A stretch of DNA of 64,000 bases from the human T2T-CHM13v2.0 reference genome, Homo sapiens. How positions within the stretch are numbered: the first letter of the stretch is position 1; each line of letters opens with the position of its first letter. The notes below the pieces were generated by a model. The model was not told where the DNA came from and made no database searches. It saw nothing but the letters and a program-made list of their open reading frames with translations. Positions 43,272 through 64,000 of the stretch are shown here, one piece after another. The position numbers and the translations under genes are program-made. The DNA lies in assembly GCF_009914755.1 (NCBI RefSeq), contig NC_060947.1. One strand, 5' to 3'.

Positions 43272-45984
43272 TAGAAAACCCTCTTCTCAGCATCTACCTT
43301 CAGCGCCTCCATGGGGTCCTACATAATTGGTCAGAGAAACCCAACCCCATTTGGGGACCTAGCCAGTGTTTGCTTATTAACCTTTTTAAGGCCTGCACTA
43401 TCTGGGCCCAGCTTCCCGTTTCCACACCCTCAGAGCAGCTGTGATACCTAGCATGTCCTGTCAGAGATTGACACAGGGCCTTTGTGTTCCATTAGAAACC
43501 TCTCCCAGCCCCTCACCATCCACCCTCACAGCCTCCTGGGACTCTGTAGTAGGAATGTCAGATACACCTCTCCTCTTGCATGTCCCTATCTATTATTTTT
43601 GGTTAAAGATTTCTCTCTGCTACCAGCATCTGTCTCCAGAGTCCTCCAGAGCCTCAACATCCTCCTGATGGAGGCTGCCTCTCCCCCCAGACCCCAACAT
43701 CTTCCTGCTGCCTCCTCAGACTCTAGAATCCCCCACCCATTCCCTTTGCAGCTTCCATGGGGCCCAGCAACTGTCCTCCTACCTCCTTGCAGCCTTGGGG
43801 GCCTCCACTGCAATTTTTCAGCCTTTCTCCAAAAGATCCTTTTCCAGAGATCCGAATTTGAGTCTTTTCCTAATACCCTAGCCTAGTCCTTTCCCTCCCA
43901 GGACTTCTAACATCTCCTTTCCCATTTGTCTCAGAGCCTCCTTGCTCTTAGACACCCACTTCCTGATTCTCCTCTCACGTTCCCATGGACTTCTCAGTTA
44001 ACCCCTCCCAGAAAGCTTGACATGCTCCAGCCCCCCTTCTCTATGCCCTAGCTTCTCCATCCTGCTAACCTGCCTCCTCTCACACCTCCAAGACTCCTCC
44101 CTCAAACCCTCTGGTTTGGGAATAGAGAATGCTTACGCTTGAAAATCTTCAGTTTGGAGACTCAGGTATGTTTAGAAACTAAGCCACAGCTCAGCTTTGC
44201 CAAACAGTTCACAGTGTGTATGTTATGGTGGGGGCCTGAGCAAATGTTGAGGTAGGAAGGGTGTAGATTGTTTTTCTGCTGGGGGTGGGGGATCTTTAGC
44301 TCCTCTGCAGAGTTTCTGTCCCAGACTCCTGCTTGCCTTGAGACAGGGCTGTTCCAAACCTTTGCAGTCAAAATCCACTTGAACAATCATCTGAAACTTC
44401 TTAGACTCTTGCTGCCTGCACTGGGGATCCAGAGGTGAAATGTCCAGATATTAAAGTGCTCTCTGGCCCTGGATCATCTCTAATTTATGGAGTGAGGAAA
44501 TGGCATGTCCCAAACAAACTGACCAATGACAAGGCAAGGAGATAACTAAGTAATAGAGGCCACTACACGTGCCCAGGGAGGAACTCACATCCTCAGGTCA
44601 GTGAGTTCTGACCACAGACCTTGGCTTCTTTAACCCTGCCAGCAGCCCCTTGAAGACAGTTTCATTTGTCCCAGCTTTTGGAGAAAATGAGGCTCAGAGG
44701 AAATGAGATCTCTACCCCAGGTCAGTCAGAGAGTCAGTAAATGGAAAATATGGTTCACCTTTGTCTCTACTAACTCACCAAGCCTCTTGCTACCCAGGTT
44801 GGCTCTTAGCATTCTAAGCAATTCACCTGGCTATCTCAGGGGCTCCAGCCAGCCTGCTGCCTCCCCTCATCTCCCATTCCTTAGCCCTGTGGACTGGGCC
44901 CTGAGCCCAGGGGCATTTGGCAAACAGTCCCCCACCAGCTGCATGCCTCTGGGCGAGTGAATGGGGTTCTCTAAGCCTTTCTTTTCCCATTTGTGATTTG
45001 GGCATAGGGTTATCTGGGTCATGGGGATTGTTAAGATTAGACAAAGCCCTTTCCTCTTTGATTGACACACAGTATGCTCTTGGTAGATAGTAGGGAGCTC
45101 TTGTCATTGTGGTTGGTGCTAGTGACAAGTGCCAAGATGGAATCTTAGGTACATTGGGATACTTAGTGTCATAAAAGTCTCAGTGTGGGAGGACTTGTGT
45201 GAACAGAAGACTCAGTGCCTAGAGGAGCACTTGGGGTGAGGGGAAGTGACGCTGGGTCCTCCCATCTCCAGCATGTGGACCCAGTCACCCCCACCACCAG
45301 ATTTCACTTCCACAGCAGGCTTTATTGTTCTGTCTCTGGGACCTAGCAGGTGACCCTGGGCAAGTTACTTCTCATTTGTCCGGCAAGGACACTAAACTCT
45401 GCCTTGCTGGGTCAGGGTCATGGAGGGGATGAAACGTGATAACACGAGGAAGCAGCCTGGGCTTCAGAGTCAGCAGATCCTGGTCTGGTCCCAGCTCAGT
45501 GTGTGGGAACCTTGGTCACCGAACGTCCCTGAGTGAATTTTTTTCCATCACTTTAAAGTTGGGGGTATTATTGATAGCAGTCCAAACCCCACAGGAGTAC
45601 CCTGAGGACAGAGTGAGACGAGGTTTAGAGAAGTGCTTACTATGGCATCTGGCACAAGGAGGACTCCTGATCAATCTAATACTCATTTATCATTGTGGTT
45701 AACCTGTTTAAGGGACTCCGCATGCAGATGAGGCTTGGGATGTGTTTGTTTTCTATCTTTTTGCAACCTCTTTTATTGGTCTGTGTCGGTTTTCCCCTCC
45801 CAAAGCTGGGGGCAGGGTTGGGCTTTATAAAACTTGAGCCCCTCTGGGGACTGGGTTCTCAGCAAGTTACCGCTCCTGCCATCATGCCACCCTGATGGAT
45901 GTCCAAGCCTCACTTCCCTCCTGCACTCCCCGCTCCCGCCGCCGTCCCTGGGATTAAGGGAGAGGAGAATGGCTGCTTGTTACT

Positions 45985-46170
45985 GCCTACCTACTCTGTG
46001 CCAGGTTCTATGCTCTGTGTTATTTATCATCTCGATAACCCCGTGGGGAAGGTAAGTGGTATTATCACCCCTGTTTCACAGGTGAGAAAACTGAGGCCTG
46101 TGGGGGTTAATTATTACTGTTAGTGCGTGGCAGGCTCAAGATTTGAAACCAGGTCTGTCCTGAATCCACA
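45985..46170 (-). mobile_element. MIR
   Basis: tactctgtgccagg...attatcacccctgtttcacaggtgagaaaactgaggc...ggcaggctcaagatttgaaaccaggtctgt MIR core; similar MIRs at ~19750, 24650, 39770, 45480, 46290, 55430-55780, 58100. Confidence 0.7.
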
Positions 46171-46330
46171 TCCTTCCCCTGACCTCGACACAAGTACATT
46201 CTTGTCATTCCTTTCACTCCAGGATTGGAGTCTCTCCCTCATTATGCTGGGCTGGGAAGAAGCAAATGGCTTAGTGGTCAGCAGTGTGGATTTGCAAATC
46301 AGACCACCTGGGTTCAGATCTTAGGTCTGA

Positions 46331-62628
<16,298 letters not shown>

Positions 62629-62805
62629 CCCCGTCTGCTCCTCTAGGCTGGCCCCTTGTCCACCCCTCTCCACACCCCTTCCAGCCCAGGGTTCCCATTT
62701 GGCTTCTGGCAGTGGCCCAACTAGCCAAGTCTGGTGTTCCCTCATCATCCCCCTACCTGAACCCCTCTTGCCACTGCCTTCTACCTTGTTTGAAACCTGA
62801 ATCCT

Positions 62806-62811
62806 AATAAA
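62806..62811 (+). terminator. UBA1: UBA1 polyadenylation signal AATAAA
   Basis: AATAAA ~180 nt after the stop codon. Confidence 0.9.
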
Positions 62812-64000
62812 GAATTAATAACTCCCACATCGCCTGCCCTGCTGGTTCCAGGGAAGGAAGGGACTTCCTGGAGCTGTCTGGTTCAGATGATAACTCAGAG
62901 GGCTCAACCCCACCACACCTGCCAGTTTTCTGGACAAAGAAAATGTAATTGCCACCTCTTCCTGCCCTCTCTGCCTAGGAAGAGATGGAGGCACCAGTGA
63001 GGCCATAGTGAGCAGGTACTTGGGTCCATGTGACTGTTAATTTGAGCTGGGTTCAATTCTCACCTTCTCCATGTCCTAACTCCTTGCTCTGTGAAGAGGA
63101 AAGTTACGGTGACCAGGCTGCTAGGGCATGGCCAGCGTGCCTTATGTCCTTAGGGCAGATCCCCTCCCACCTGGCTCAAAGCACTCAGACCCTGGGCAGC
63201 CTTTTGTGGTCATGGTTCCCAGCACCAGGAATGCCTGTGCTGCTCTTAGTTCAATTTCCTTGCTGCAGGGGTGTCTTAAACAGCTCTGCCGAATGCCAGT
63301 GCCTGCAGGCATACTTCGTGATTTTTATGGAAATACTTGAGAACATCTGTAGAGGAAAAGCCCGTTGCTTGCCTTACGCTTCCCCCGGCCCTGCCGCCGC
63401 CCCAGCCCCAGGTCTGCCTGTATTCCCCTTGAGGATCTTCAGCCTCCTACTTTGGAGAAGACAGCTGGCTGTGGGGACTGAGGGGTGTTCATCGCTTAGA
63501 GCAGGTAGCAGGAGGCCTAACACCAGCCCCACCGGGACTGCAGAGTTACCGTGCTCTGTCCTTGGTCTTGGCTGAGTGCTCCAGACAATTGAAAGCACCA
63601 GTCTGGCCACTGCTACATCTTTGCCTTCTTCTATTGTACTGGCTCCTGGTGCCTGAGGAGTCCATTCATACTTCTGTTCCTCAACTAACCAATAATTTAT
63701 CTACCTTACTTAGAAACAAGATCCCTCACTCTTCTACTCAAACCTGAGTGTAAGGAATAGCTCAACCTGTTCTGAACTGGCTTGATTCCCATCACAGCCT
63801 GTGCCCACATCTGCTGCCTCCTGGGCCAGTAGTTCCTGGTCCTGGGCACAGTATATGCCCTTGTCCACCTCCTTCTGATCATTTTATTTTCTTGGCCTGC
63901 TCTGCTTGGGTGACCTTATCCTTCCACAGTTTCTTCTTCCCCACTAGGACGTTGAGGACAGAGGCATTTTCCCTTTGGTATCTAGTGGTGATACTGTCAA

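Noticed and set aside
63030-63575. 181-aa ORF downstream of UBA1
   Set aside because: Non-ATG start, no recognisable homology and no exon structure.

Overview
Human-type mammalian genomic DNA that I recognise as Xp11.3. Bases 1-17,011 are the repeat-dense intron 2 of RBM10, with about 25 Alus, L1 fragments and an antisense ITPK1 processed pseudogene nested in a 5'-inverted L1. RBM10 coding exons 3-24 follow (17,012-34,295, + strand, AATAAA 34,488). After a ~4 kb repeat-rich spacer, at the reported boundary between X-inactivated RBM10 and escapee UBA1, lies the complete UBA1 gene (+ strand). UBA1 has alternative non-coding first exons, CDS 46,499-62,628 in 25 coding exons (1058 aa) and AATAAA 62,806. 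All exon boundaries were read from GT/AG sites and join in frame. I see no new protein family. The best leads are regulatory: (1) UBA1 Met1 starts at the first base of exon 2, so each first exon supplies its own Kozak -3 base and could tune the Met1/Met41 isoform ratio; (2) a TATA-preceded, MIR-derived candidate first exon adds 51 in-frame codons; (3) a dense POU-dimer-type ATGCATNATTCAT cluster lies between the UBA1 promoters; (4) a candidate poison exon sits in RBM10 intron 5; (5) an in-frame alternative donor follows UBA1 exon 23; (6) several eroded tandem arrays occur in UBA1 introns. Repeat subfamily names and repeat edges are from visual recognition and are approximate.
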